A stretch of DNA of 64,000 bases from Fibrobacteria bacterium (GTDB lineage Bacteria; Fibrobacterota; Fibrobacteria; UBA11236; JADFYW01). The DNA lies in contig JBNKOC010000007.1 in assembly GCA_050294405.1 (NCBI GenBank), positions 119,385-183,384 of the forward strand, written 5' to 3'. The translations under genes were made by a program, and so were the position numbers. Positions 29,310-39,030 of this stretch are shown here, in pieces; the first letter of the stretch is position 1; each line of letters begins with the position of its first letter. The notes beneath the pieces are model-generated. The model worked only from the letters and a program-made list of their open reading frames with translations, searched no databases and was not told where the DNA came from.

Positions 29310-29987
29310 ATGAAAAGAAAAATTTTATTTATTTCTCTGGTTATTTGCCTTTGGGCCCTTTTGGGATGCAAAAAATCTGGAAATAACGGCACCGGACCCG
29401 ATAACAATTCCAATCCGAATAATAATTTGGGACCTGCCGTATCCGGTGAATCTGCGTGGCGAGGCATATACCAGATAACCCATTTCTCCAGAAATTTAAA
29501 TGGCTGCGATGAAGCCGGAACAGACAACCGGCCTATTTCTGCCGATGGATATTTCGCCCTTTTTAAACAGAGCTTTTTAGGCCAGCAATACCTACAAATC
29601 ATCTCCTGCGAAAATGAAACGGATTGCAGGGAAAAATACCTCAAAATGGTATCCGAGCAAAGCGGTTTTTTTGATTTTTCCTTTAGTTTATTTTACGGTA
29701 CAGATGCCTTGGGTTACAAAAGCAAAATCGAAAAAGCAGGCAGCAATATGGAGTATGTTAATGGAGCTTGGGTGGAAAACGGCTGCAAAGGCGGTCGGGA
29801 AGATTTAACCTTAATAAAAAATACTAGCAGCAATGAGCTGGAGTTGGAATCCAGATATCATGAAGCTTTTTTCGAAGCCGATGCGGAAGGAATATGCTGG
29901 ACCGATGAAGGAGGCGCTGCCGCTGAGGGCAAACCCTGTTCGGAGTTAACCCTTCTTCAGGGGAGCTTTATAAGCGGGTTAGATTAG
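29310..29987 (+). CDS. Hypothetical lipoprotein
   Basis: RBS aggaga; lipobox LLGC; Cys pairs. Confidence 0.7.
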   Translation: MKRKILFISLVICLWALLGCKKSGNNGTGPDNNSNPNNNLGPAVSGESAWRGIYQITHFSRNLNGCDEAGTDNRPISADGYFALFKQSFLGQQYLQIISCENETDCREKYLKMVSEQSGFFDFSFSLFYGTDALGYKSKIEKAGSNMEYVNGAWVENGCKGGREDLTLIKNTSSNELELESRYHEAFFEADAEGICWTDEGGAAAEGKPCSELTLLQGSFISGLD

Positions 29988-30031
29988 CGTTTTGATTTAT
30001 GTTGTTTTACTCAAAACTTTTAAAGGCCGCT

Positions 30032-31201
30032 CTATCTCCCAAACAGCGACTTTTTAACCACCGGTACCATTTTACCCGATTCAATAATAAGTCCCTTGTT
30101 GCGGCCTCCGTCATCCCAATAACACCAGGGTATGCCACGGCGTTCCGATTCTATTCTCACAGCAGATAAAAACCGCAAGCGGCTAGTTTCATCTGCCAAA
30201 TCAACAGCTCCAAACTCTCCTAATAATGTACGCAGGCCTGTTCTTTTAATAAAAGCTGTAGCCCGGTCAAATTCCTCATAAAGGGTTTTAGGCCCGCTTG
30301 GATTTTGTGCAGCAGGCAATGTATTGTAGTCTTTAATCCAGTTTTTAACCCAGTCGGCCACCTTTTCGCTAATGGGTTCCACAGGTTTTTCCGGGGGACC
30401 TGGGTATTGAATACCTCGCGTCTGAAAATCAATAGGCATCCAGGATGCGCCCTGATGGGTAAACAGAATAGGTTGGTACATATGAAAGGTAACAATAGTA
30501 TTGCTGTCCATATACGATACATCAATACTGTCCAGGTATGTGGTTGCGCTCCAAAAATAGCCTTCCACAATAATAAGTCGTGAGGGATTTGTCTTTCGAA
30601 CCAGTTTAAAGGTTTTTTCCAACAGCGGGTTTAAAATAGAAGGCACCAGCTTATCACAAGGCTCGTTTATCAGTTCAAAGGCAACCTGCGGGGGTTGATC
30701 TTTATATCTCTCGGCAATTTGAGCCCACATGGCCATAAAACGCTTCTGGTGGTGCTCCGAGGGGTCCTTCATTATTTCCTCATAGTGATGGAGGTCTACT
30801 ATAATGGATAATTTGTATTTAAGAGCCATGTTTATGGCCCAGTCTATTTTTTTGAAAAACTTTTCTTCAATGGTAAATGGAGCTTTTTCCATGGCGTAGG
30901 CTGAAAATCTTATAGGAAGCCTTACATAATCAAAACCATTGGCCGCAGAATATTTAAAATGGTTCTCTTCAATGATAACCCCCCATTCCCCCTCGCTGGG
31001 CGCATCAAAGCCGTTTCCCAAATTAATACCCTTGGAAAATCCGGGGATAGGCTTATTTAATACATCAATTTTCGGAGGTGGTAAGACGGACCTTGCCGAT
31101 TTGGGAGGTTGGCGGGATTTTTTGACCAATCCCTGATTTTGCGAAAAAGAACTACTGAAAGCAAAAAGTAAAATTAGCCATAAATGGAAAAAACGGGTCA
31201 T
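30032..31201 (-). CDS. GH5 endoglucanase/cellulase, secreted
   Basis: GINLGNGFDAPSEGEWG, VRLPI, VDLHHY, catalytic NEP and GEFG. Confidence 0.92.
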   Translation of the reverse strand: MTRFFHLWLILLFAFSSSFSQNQGLVKKSRQPPKSARSVLPPPKIDVLNKPIPGFSKGINLGNGFDAPSEGEWGVIIEENHFKYSAANGFDYVRLPIRFSAYAMEKAPFTIEEKFFKKIDWAINMALKYKLSIIVDLHHYEEIMKDPSEHHQKRFMAMWAQIAERYKDQPPQVAFELINEPCDKLVPSILNPLLEKTFKLVRKTNPSRLIIVEGYFWSATTYLDSIDVSYMDSNTIVTFHMYQPILFTHQGASWMPIDFQTRGIQYPGPPEKPVEPISEKVADWVKNWIKDYNTLPAAQNPSGPKTLYEEFDRATAFIKRTGLRTLLGEFGAVDLADETSRLRFLSAVRIESERRGIPWCYWDDGGRNKGLIIESGKMVPVVKKSLFGR

Positions 31202-31267
31202 AATAAATCCTTTACTTGGTTAGCCTTTTAGTGAATTAAATGGCAAGCCAGGTTTTATTAATCAACA

Positions 31268-31861
31268 TCACTCATTTTTCTTTTTTTTAATTCCCTTTTC
31301 CACATCGCCTTTAATGGAATTTAAAAGTCCCTTTAACTCATTCATTTTTTTCTGAAAACCTGCCCGGTCTTCAGTTGAAAGTTTATCCAGTCCCAGCATT
31401 TCCTCAAGCTTTTTACCGAGTTCTTTAGGGTCGCTGTTAAGCCCCGTAGAGCCGTCCAGTTTTTGTTTAAAGCGTTTGCTGGCACGGCTAAAAGCATCAA
31501 AGCCTTTTTTGCTAGCTTCCTCGTTTGAGCTGCTCCCACTGCGAGGTTTCGAAGGTTTTTGCGAGGCCCACTTTTTCATTTTTTGCCCAGCAAAGCGCAA
31601 AGCAGTTTTTCCGGCCCGCTTGAGGCCTTCCTTCATCTGTTCCTTAACCCAGTTGTCCGCGGCGGCTTTTGAAAGCTCGTATTTTAACAATTCAACTTCC
31701 GAAACTTTTAACACTTTTCCCTGATGGCGTTTGGTGGTACCGGATATGTGGACAATTTCAAAACTTCCCTCGACAAACTCCACCTCATCTGCCGCCAGAA
31801 AGTAACGGGTTTTATCGGAATTTACCCAAAGGGTTTCGGCTTTGATAGTCATGGTAGCCAT
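31268..31861 (-). CDS. Hypothetical basic protein directly downstream of the eCIS effector
   Basis: RBS aggt, 197-aa ORF, 41 bp after the effector stop. Confidence 0.6.
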   Translation of the reverse strand: MATMTIKAETLWVNSDKTRYFLAADEVEFVEGSFEIVHISGTTKRHQGKVLKVSEVELLKYELSKAAADNWVKEQMKEGLKRAGKTALRFAGQKMKKWASQKPSKPRSGSSSNEEASKKGFDAFSRASKRFKQKLDGSTGLNSDPKELGKKLEEMLGLDKLSTEDRAGFQKKMNELKGLLNSIKGDVEKGIKKKKNE

Positions 31862-31902
31862 AATATACCTACTGGTTAAAAAAAATTCTGCCTTAGTTTC
31901 TA

Positions 31903-34900
31903 TTAAAGAGTGCTATCGATACGAAACCACACCTCACGTTGCGCGGCCTCCGTCTTAACTTCGCTCATGGGCACTGTATCTCCATTACTTTTTCTAAAAT
32001 CTGCTCTTGAAAGGGTGGAACCACTGGAGCGGTTCTCGCTGGCATCCAATGGCCAAAGGTTTTCCTCAACATTTCGTCCGCCCACCTGCATTTCCACAAC
32101 ATGGTCGCCATCCATATATTCTACCGCAGGGGAAAATCCATAAGCTTTCAACTTGTTGTTGTACCAACCCGCTCCTTCAGTGGACCCGGGAGTAAGTTTG
32201 AATTTTTTTCCCACGGAAACCCGATTGGGACTGGAAACACCCAAAGTAATCCCTCCCATGGGAAGTTGCTTTCGTCCATGTGGAGAAAACGATTCCAAAG
32301 GCTCTCCTGCATTTTCCCAACGGGTCGCCTGCCTGGTTGTCAGGTAATCTTCCTTAATTTTTTCCTTATCGCCAGCCGCCAAAACCGATTGGGGAATCTG
32401 AGTCCTTCCCGCTTTTGGACCAAAATACATAGTGGGGTAAGCGGCACTTGCCCTCTTGGGCCAATCCAATCCCAGCGGATTCTCTGAAGTCCCCCACTCC
32501 TCATCCGCTAATCCCAGGATTTCTTCAATTTGCCGAAGCACGCCCGCTAATTGCTGCTCCTTGGATTCCACAGCATCATCCGCCGAAGAATTGGCATCGG
32601 GATCGCTATTGGGGTTCTGAACATTGGCAGCAAGAGTATCGGCTTGATTGTTAATTTGGTTCCCCAGATCCCTGGCAGTGCTAATATGCCCGGTCACAGT
32701 TGTTTTTTCTTCTTCATCCAAGTCCTGGGCCAATCGGGTATATTCGTCCAATTGCTCGTCTAAAGTTTTAGGAGTACTGGCCACCTTCAATACAGCGTCG
32801 GTGCCATTAGTTTCAATCCAGAGCCTGTGGGATTCCCCAGCCGCGGAAAAGCGCACGGTTTTACCGATTTGTCCGTCGTAGTCCCCATCATCGTCTTCTT
32901 CCTCTTCTTCGCCGCCGCCAAGGCCAATGGCCGCCAGGGCTCGCCGTCCCACGTTTACAACAGCCACTACAGCTCTTTCCACAAAGGGCCATACAAAGGA
33001 CTGCAAACGTTTTACCTGCTCTGCAATAAAGTCCGGCAGTCCCGAAAGGCCAACATAACCTGCAACAAAGTCAATCACAGGAACAATTAACCTCTTCAGG
33101 GCTAACTCCACATTATTGGCCACTCCGGCGATGTTACCAGCCATTACATCCGCCATGCCATTGACCACCGATTCCACAAAGGAAAAAATGCGCGCGGCAT
33201 TTTCAAAAATCCACTTAAGGACCTTGTAGATAGCCTCAATGGCCTGGACAATCGCCCCTGCCGGATTAAACAAAGCGATAATACGAGGCGTAACATTGGC
33301 CACTAAGGCTTCAACCAAAAAATCAATGGCCGCGTCTATAATCATATCCAATATGTTAGCGGGATCCAGATAGGGCTCTATCATGTTAAAGATACCCTCG
33401 GGTCCTTCTTCAATGAGCACCGTAACCAATTCCCACACCTGTTCCAGCAGGGCCACGTTTTGTTCCCCGATTTCCCTTACCAAAACTTCACGGATACGAG
33501 GCCAGGTAATGCCCATTAGTTGGAGGAAAAAAGTAATCAGACTTTTAAGGGAAAAGTCCGGGGGAATTTGTACGCCAACAGAACCCAATCCAGAAAAAAG
33601 CCAGTCAATAAAGCCTTCCAGTAAATGAGTGCCGATGTTATCAAAAAATTGTTGAAAGCCCTGGCCAACACCCCGAAGCAAATTTTGTCCGAATGTAACT
33701 GGATCATTGGCTATATCCTCAATTACATCGCCAATTTTCGCAATCAAAGCCCAAAAAGACGGTGGCGGAATGCCCACCAGCTTTAACAAACCCTCGATAA
33801 TAAATTTAAAAGGGTCATCTAAAAACGCCGCAATGGCATCCTGAATCTGCCCTATTAATCCTCTGGCAGCCTGGCGTAGTTCGTGAATGCGCGTCCGTGC
33901 GTCATCTACTGCCTGGGACGCACTCTGAATCAATTGTTGGTTAAAATCTCTCCGGGTGTTTTCAGCTTGCTCACTGAGACCATTCAGTTCGCCCTGCATG
34001 TTAGCACGTTCCGCTTCTGCCCAGGCCCTTAAACTTTCGGGCATTTCCTGGGAGAATAGATTATCAATGTCCCTCTGGGCATTGGCAATTATAGTTTGGC
34101 AGGCGGCCACCACTCCGTTTACCTGCCTGGAGATGTTGCGGATCAAATCGCAAACGCCATCGGCAAAAGCCTGCTCGGCATCGTCATATTCATCCGTCAC
34201 CCAATCTGGAAGACCAGCTACCGCATCCCAGACTCCAACTACCGCGCCCCCCACCCCGGAGTGCCTTTCTTCAATCCAATCAGCAACCCGTTGCAGATGT
34301 TGTTCAAACTCAGTAGAAAGAGTGGCCACTCCTGTTTCCCACAAGCCCATGGCAGTTTGCGGTAGTGGTGTGAGAAGTTCATTGACCCGTGTCCGTGCGC
34401 TACTGAAGATTTCCTGGGAGCGCTGGCTGAGTTGGCGGCGAATTTCCGCTTCACTTCCAGTCATATCAACCTGTTGGCCACCAACATTGGATACCGAATC
34501 AGATCGAGCCGCTTGCAGAGCCTCCAATGCTTGGGTTTGAAGGGATGCCATTTCTGCTCCAGCCTGAACCCGCGCTTCGTTTTGCTCTGCTAAAACTTCT
34601 GCGGGATCTCTCTCGGCCATTTCGCCCAATTCTTCCTGGGTACTCATGGCGTTGTCGATATGGCCACCTGGATCTCCGCGACGGGATTCCGCTGCCACAT
34701 CGGTATCCATGTTAGCATCGGAAATAGCCTGGGCTTGAAGCTCTCTATCCGTATCAAGATTTACTTCTTCAGCTGGAACTTCATTGGGTATTGCAGCTTC
34801 TGCGTTAAGGTCTCCCAAGTCTGTAACTTCTGGAGCTCCCTCAATGGGTTCTGGAGTTGTGGCGGCTTCCCCCTCTTGAGGTTCGTTGACGGAATCATAT

Positions 34901-35955
34901 TCTCCTGCAACTCTCTCAGTATCTCCACTAACATTGTCGTTGAGTTCTCCCCCGGCTTCCCTTGCCATTTCCTCAGGGTCCGCGTCCACAAGGCGATCTT
35001 CATCGGGTGGCCGCTTGGATTCAATCATGTCTTTAATGCGGTCGCAAAGCTCTTCAATTTCGGGGCTGGGTTCCGGACGTTCCCCCAAGGCATCTACGAG
35101 TGCCCCTTCGGCGCGGGCATTGCTTTCTTCACTTGGCTCTTCCACAGCAGCCCTGGCCTCAGCCACTCCCTCATCGGCAGAAGGCATTTCAGCTGCTGAG
35201 GCGGCTGCACCTCCCGCTGCTCCCTGGGAAGCGGATACACGGGCGTTCTCCTCTTCGTTTAATTCCATCTCGGGCTCGGGCATGATGATTTCAACTTCAC
35301 CCCCTCCACCGGCTGGAGCTCCACCACCACCGGCTCCGCCGCCGCCTCCTCCGCTGGCTTCAACTTCTCCGGCCCCCGCATCTTCCGGAACTTCCTCGAC
35401 CACTGATGTTTCTTCTTTTGGAGTTTCGGCATCGATTTCACTTTCCGCTGGCGTGGCAACATCGGGGATATTGCCACCTTCGCCCGCTCCCCCGGAACCG
35501 CCGTTGCCGCTGACTTCTATTTCTTCTACTCCCCCAGTTTCAGTGGGTTCCTCTGCACCAGGAACAGAGGAAGCAGACTCTGGCTGCTCTGTTTCCACAA
35601 CTTTGCTTTCTCCGGAAGCGGTCCCCTCCTCTCCAGGCGGAGCAGACATGCCAGGGGGCTCAATAGCTTTGGACTCCGGTCCTTGTGGTTCTTTACTTTG
35701 ATAATTGCGAATTACTTTTTGGGTATATTCATTCCCAAAGCCATCCTGCATTTTGGCAACAACATTAGCCTGAGCCAACACTCCAGCTGGAGCAGCATTT
35801 TGCAACATGCGGGCCCCGGAATCAACAGAAGCCACGGGTGATAGGCTGTTTAATTCCTTAACACCCTCTTCGACCTCGCTGTCTTTTTCGGGGCTCTCAC
35901 CTACAGCCGTTTTTTCGGCCTGTAAATCCTCCGTGGTTTCTTCAAAATCCGGCAA
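31903..35955 (-). CDS. Large eCIS-associated protein (tape-measure-like/effector) with C-terminal HNH-like nuclease
   Basis: Acidic disordered N-terminus, helical core, amphipathic region, C-terminal DGDHVVEMQVGG...NLWPLDASENRSSG. Confidence 0.7.
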   Translation of the reverse strand: MPDFEETTEDLQAEKTAVGESPEKDSEVEEGVKELNSLSPVASVDSGARMLQNAAPAGVLAQANVVAKMQDGFGNEYTQKVIRNYQSKEPQGPESKAIEPPGMSAPPGEEGTASGESKVVETEQPESASSVPGAEEPTETGGVEEIEVSGNGGSGGAGEGGNIPDVATPAESEIDAETPKEETSVVEEVPEDAGAGEVEASGGGGGGAGGGGAPAGGGGEVEIIMPEPEMELNEEENARVSASQGAAGGAAASAAEMPSADEGVAEARAAVEEPSEESNARAEGALVDALGERPEPSPEIEELCDRIKDMIESKRPPDEDRLVDADPEEMAREAGGELNDNVSGDTERVAGEYDSVNEPQEGEAATTPEPIEGAPEVTDLGDLNAEAAIPNEVPAEEVNLDTDRELQAQAISDANMDTDVAAESRRGDPGGHIDNAMSTQEELGEMAERDPAEVLAEQNEARVQAGAEMASLQTQALEALQAARSDSVSNVGGQQVDMTGSEAEIRRQLSQRSQEIFSSARTRVNELLTPLPQTAMGLWETGVATLSTEFEQHLQRVADWIEERHSGVGGAVVGVWDAVAGLPDWVTDEYDDAEQAFADGVCDLIRNISRQVNGVVAACQTIIANAQRDIDNLFSQEMPESLRAWAEAERANMQGELNGLSEQAENTRRDFNQQLIQSASQAVDDARTRIHELRQAARGLIGQIQDAIAAFLDDPFKFIIEGLLKLVGIPPPSFWALIAKIGDVIEDIANDPVTFGQNLLRGVGQGFQQFFDNIGTHLLEGFIDWLFSGLGSVGVQIPPDFSLKSLITFFLQLMGITWPRIREVLVREIGEQNVALLEQVWELVTVLIEEGPEGIFNMIEPYLDPANILDMIIDAAIDFLVEALVANVTPRIIALFNPAGAIVQAIEAIYKVLKWIFENAARIFSFVESVVNGMADVMAGNIAGVANNVELALKRLIVPVIDFVAGYVGLSGLPDFIAEQVKRLQSFVWPFVERAVVAVVNVGRRALAAIGLGGGEEEEEDDDGDYDGQIGKTVRFSAAGESHRLWIETNGTDAVLKVASTPKTLDEQLDEYTRLAQDLDEEEKTTVTGHISTARDLGNQINNQADTLAANVQNPNSDPDANSSADDAVESKEQQLAGVLRQIEEILGLADEEWGTSENPLGLDWPKRASAAYPTMYFGPKAGRTQIPQSVLAAGDKEKIKEDYLTTRQATRWENAGEPLESFSPHGRKQLPMGGITLGVSSPNRVSVGKKFKLTPGSTEGAGWYNNKLKAYGFSPAVEYMDGDHVVEMQVGGRNVEENLWPLDASENRSSGSTLSRADFRKSNGDTVPMSEVKTEAAQREVWFRIDSTL

Positions 35956-35980
35956 GACAACTCTTTGATGTTAATGGATT

Positions 35981-38980
35981 TTACTTCTTTTTCTTCTTCA
36001 TAAAACGGGCTAACGCAATAATCAGCACCACAATAACAATGATAATCCAGACCCAAGTGGGCAGGACAACATTAACATCGGACCCCATCCCCCCTTTTAA
36101 GGAAACTGGCTGGCTTTCTATATTGCCAATGGAAACCGCAACAGAAGGGTTGGCATCTTTTGAAAACTGTACCAGTTGGGAGTAACTGCCGTCGTAATTA
36201 TCCGCCAAGGGACCCATTGTTTTGAGGTTGGTGTAAGAGAGTGTGATTTCTTCTGCCCTGCCCATTCCAAACTTGTTGCCTTGGGCATCTTCGGGAGTAA
36301 AAGTCACTAGCTTACTCAACATGCCTTCGGGAACAGGTTCATTTATCATTTCCACTAAAGATGCAGGAAAAAACGGTTTGGCCGCCGCGGCTTCCCATTG
36401 TACAGCCTTTCCCAATAATTCGGCATTCAATTTAATATCCACCATAGTCGCAAAGGAAAACTCTCTTTCGAAACACTCCGCTTTGTCGTTAAGCCCTATG
36501 ACAGAAACTAAAATGTTATGTAATCCATCTGCCAGAGCAGCTTCAAGTGGGAGGCGGTAAGAGCTTTTTATTTCTTGCTTTGAAGTCTCGGCGATTAACC
36601 CGGCAAGCCCTGCAGTAGCGCTAGACCTCATGTTTTTTGCATGGGACATTTCTCCACGTAAAGAGCTTTGCTTGTATTCATGGAGCAGCTTGGCCTGATT
36701 TTCGTTCATATTCCCAAATTCTTTTTTAATCACTTTTGTCTTAGGGTCGAAGGGTTGCTTCAAAAAGTGGTTCAATACATATTGTTTCTTTTGTGCTGGA
36801 CCCATTTCTAAAAGCAAATCATCTGGTATACGTGCTAAATCTTCGGGAGATATAGAGGTGTTGGCCAAGTAGTTGTTGTAGGAGTTGGTGGGTTGGCTGA
36901 TTTGCGCCACTAAATTGGCGTTGGCCATGCCATAATTTCCCTTAGCCAGGGCCAATTCAAAAAAGCCAGCCTCGCCTATAAAATCCCAAGTAAATTTTGG
37001 CTCTGTTTTCATACGGTCCATAGCATATATCTGATAAACATAATCCGTGGACTGATTCCCTCGCAGATGTATTTTCCAGGCTCCGATACCATCTTCTCCC
37101 TCTAGGAATTTACCCCGTACAATGTAATCCTTAAAAGTCTCGCCGGATATATAGCTAACATGCTTACCATGACCGGAAACCGTAGCCGGGGTTAACTTGA
37201 TGCCAAACGGCGTTTCAATTTCAACATTTACAGCGTTGTTGTCTTTTTCCGTCCAGTGAACAGAAAAAACCAATTGATAAGCCGAAGAACTCACACAGAT
37301 TTCATGGGTTTTATTCTCACCAGCATTTATGTGGCCAGATGGATCTTTTAATGTTTCAAGATCTAAAACTTCGCCAAGGGCTTTTTTAAATTGTGTTTGT
37401 AACTCCGCTTCATCTGTAATATCTGCCGGAAAAGTTTCTCCTCCGGAATTGCTGGCAATATTTTCATAGGTCGTCATCCAACCTTCCCCTGTAGCTCCGT
37501 AGGGAATAGTATAAAAAGGAACATCTCCATTCTGAAAAGTACTCCAATTATACCAATCATCAGGATCTCTTCTAGGAGCATCTGATAGACAATCGGGATG
37601 CTGCTGACCATCGCCAAATAAAAACACCGCAGCCCGGCTGTTTTCCGCTACTGGATAAAGCACATCCCAAGCCCTTTTTATACCCTCAGCTAGAGGAGTG
37701 GCGTAATTTCCAGCATCAATAAGATCTCCGTGCCCTAAGTTTACGTTCAGGTGATTTCTATATCCTTGAATATTTGTTTCCATCACACTCATATTAATGT
37801 GCTGTTCACTTGATGGGCACGCATATGCTTCGCCCGTAGCAGGATAAGAATAAAGCCCCATTTTGGCCGTAGGTAATATGCCGTTGTACAACTCTGCTAA
37901 CTCAAGTGCAGCAATACGAGCCAGATATATCTTCTCTTCCTCCTCTACATCTGTACTTTGGCCATTTTTATCATCTTCCATACTCCCAGAGAGGTCCACT
38001 ACCATGGCGGAGCGCAATTCAATTCCCCTGGCTCCCGAAAGGTCCAGGGAATAATTTCCCGCATTAGTGGTCAAAGTTATGCCCGGGTCTGCAATAGCCC
38101 CCAGTGAAGTGGGATGGCATTCTACGGTGCGCTGAAAGGGATTCATAGGCAGTATATTAGTGGGAGCAGCGGGGTAACTGTCAATTATAAAAGGACCGGC
38201 TGGCAGAGGAAAGGGATTTACTGCGGTAATTTCCAAAGGGGCAGTTCCTATATTTAAAAACTCCCAGGCTTCCTTTGGCCTGTATTCATCGTCCAGATTG
38301 ATATGCACATCTCCAAAATCAATAGCGTAAGAACTTGGCAAAGATGTATAGGGTCCGGTTGTAATTTGCGCCGGTGATATGTACTCAATAGGATAGGGTT
38401 TGGTTATCAAAGGCTCAGCTGCCGATTCCAGCACGCTGTCCACCCGAAACCCAAAATAGGCATCTGTTGTGGCGGTGGAGTTTACCTGGATTTTCCAAAT
38501 TTCGCCGTCGGGAAAAGAGTCGTAGTTATTATTAAAACGAACCAGAATAGTTACCACACGATAACCTGCTGCCACTGCATCTCCTACAAATCGCGCTCTG
38601 ACCGTAGCGGCTTCAACACCTTCATCACTGTCCTGGACAGATGCATTGGCTCCGCCACCTGCTGTGGTAAATGCGGTAACATTGTACTTAGCCAAAGGCG
38701 ATGTTGTGGAACGAAGTTCAAAGGAAAGATCGTCTGTAGGCTCATTTACCACAAATTTGGCCATCATCACCCTTCTTTCCGCGCAAGGCGAAGGGTCGCA
38801 GGGCTCAGGCATGGGGAAGTTAAAAAAGTCCGCAAGTGGATCTCCCCCGGCAAGAATAAACTGAATGTGATCCGAAACTGAGGGTGCAGCAACAGTCCGG
38901 ACAGGACCCACATACAGAAAAAACCCTGCTAGCATTAGGCAAAGCAAAGCTGCCCGGTTAGATATTTTCTGGACTAACAT
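35981..38980 (-). CDS. Exported, C-terminally membrane-anchored VWA-domain protein
   Basis: Signal peptide; MIDAS DLSGSM, TPL, FGDG; C-terminal TM followed by KKKKK. Confidence 0.8.
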   Translation of the reverse strand: MLVQKISNRAALLCLMLAGFFLYVGPVRTVAAPSVSDHIQFILAGGDPLADFFNFPMPEPCDPSPCAERRVMMAKFVVNEPTDDLSFELRSTTSPLAKYNVTAFTTAGGGANASVQDSDEGVEAATVRARFVGDAVAAGYRVVTILVRFNNNYDSFPDGEIWKIQVNSTATTDAYFGFRVDSVLESAAEPLITKPYPIEYISPAQITTGPYTSLPSSYAIDFGDVHINLDDEYRPKEAWEFLNIGTAPLEITAVNPFPLPAGPFIIDSYPAAPTNILPMNPFQRTVECHPTSLGAIADPGITLTTNAGNYSLDLSGARGIELRSAMVVDLSGSMEDDKNGQSTDVEEEEKIYLARIAALELAELYNGILPTAKMGLYSYPATGEAYACPSSEQHINMSVMETNIQGYRNHLNVNLGHGDLIDAGNYATPLAEGIKRAWDVLYPVAENSRAAVFLFGDGQQHPDCLSDAPRRDPDDWYNWSTFQNGDVPFYTIPYGATGEGWMTTYENIASNSGGETFPADITDEAELQTQFKKALGEVLDLETLKDPSGHINAGENKTHEICVSSSAYQLVFSVHWTEKDNNAVNVEIETPFGIKLTPATVSGHGKHVSYISGETFKDYIVRGKFLEGEDGIGAWKIHLRGNQSTDYVYQIYAMDRMKTEPKFTWDFIGEAGFFELALAKGNYGMANANLVAQISQPTNSYNNYLANTSISPEDLARIPDDLLLEMGPAQKKQYVLNHFLKQPFDPKTKVIKKEFGNMNENQAKLLHEYKQSSLRGEMSHAKNMRSSATAGLAGLIAETSKQEIKSSYRLPLEAALADGLHNILVSVIGLNDKAECFEREFSFATMVDIKLNAELLGKAVQWEAAAAKPFFPASLVEMINEPVPEGMLSKLVTFTPEDAQGNKFGMGRAEEITLSYTNLKTMGPLADNYDGSYSQLVQFSKDANPSVAVSIGNIESQPVSLKGGMGSDVNVVLPTWVWIIIVIVVLIIALARFMKKKKK

Positions 38981-39030
38981 AGAAATCCTCCTGTCAAATT
39001 GATTTTGAATTTGTTAAAAATGTTTCCTCA

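Noticed and set aside
34886..35701. 271-aa Ser/Pro-rich plus-strand ORF and other antisense ORFs in the eCIS
   Set aside because: Antisense shadows of low-complexity or long minus-strand genes.
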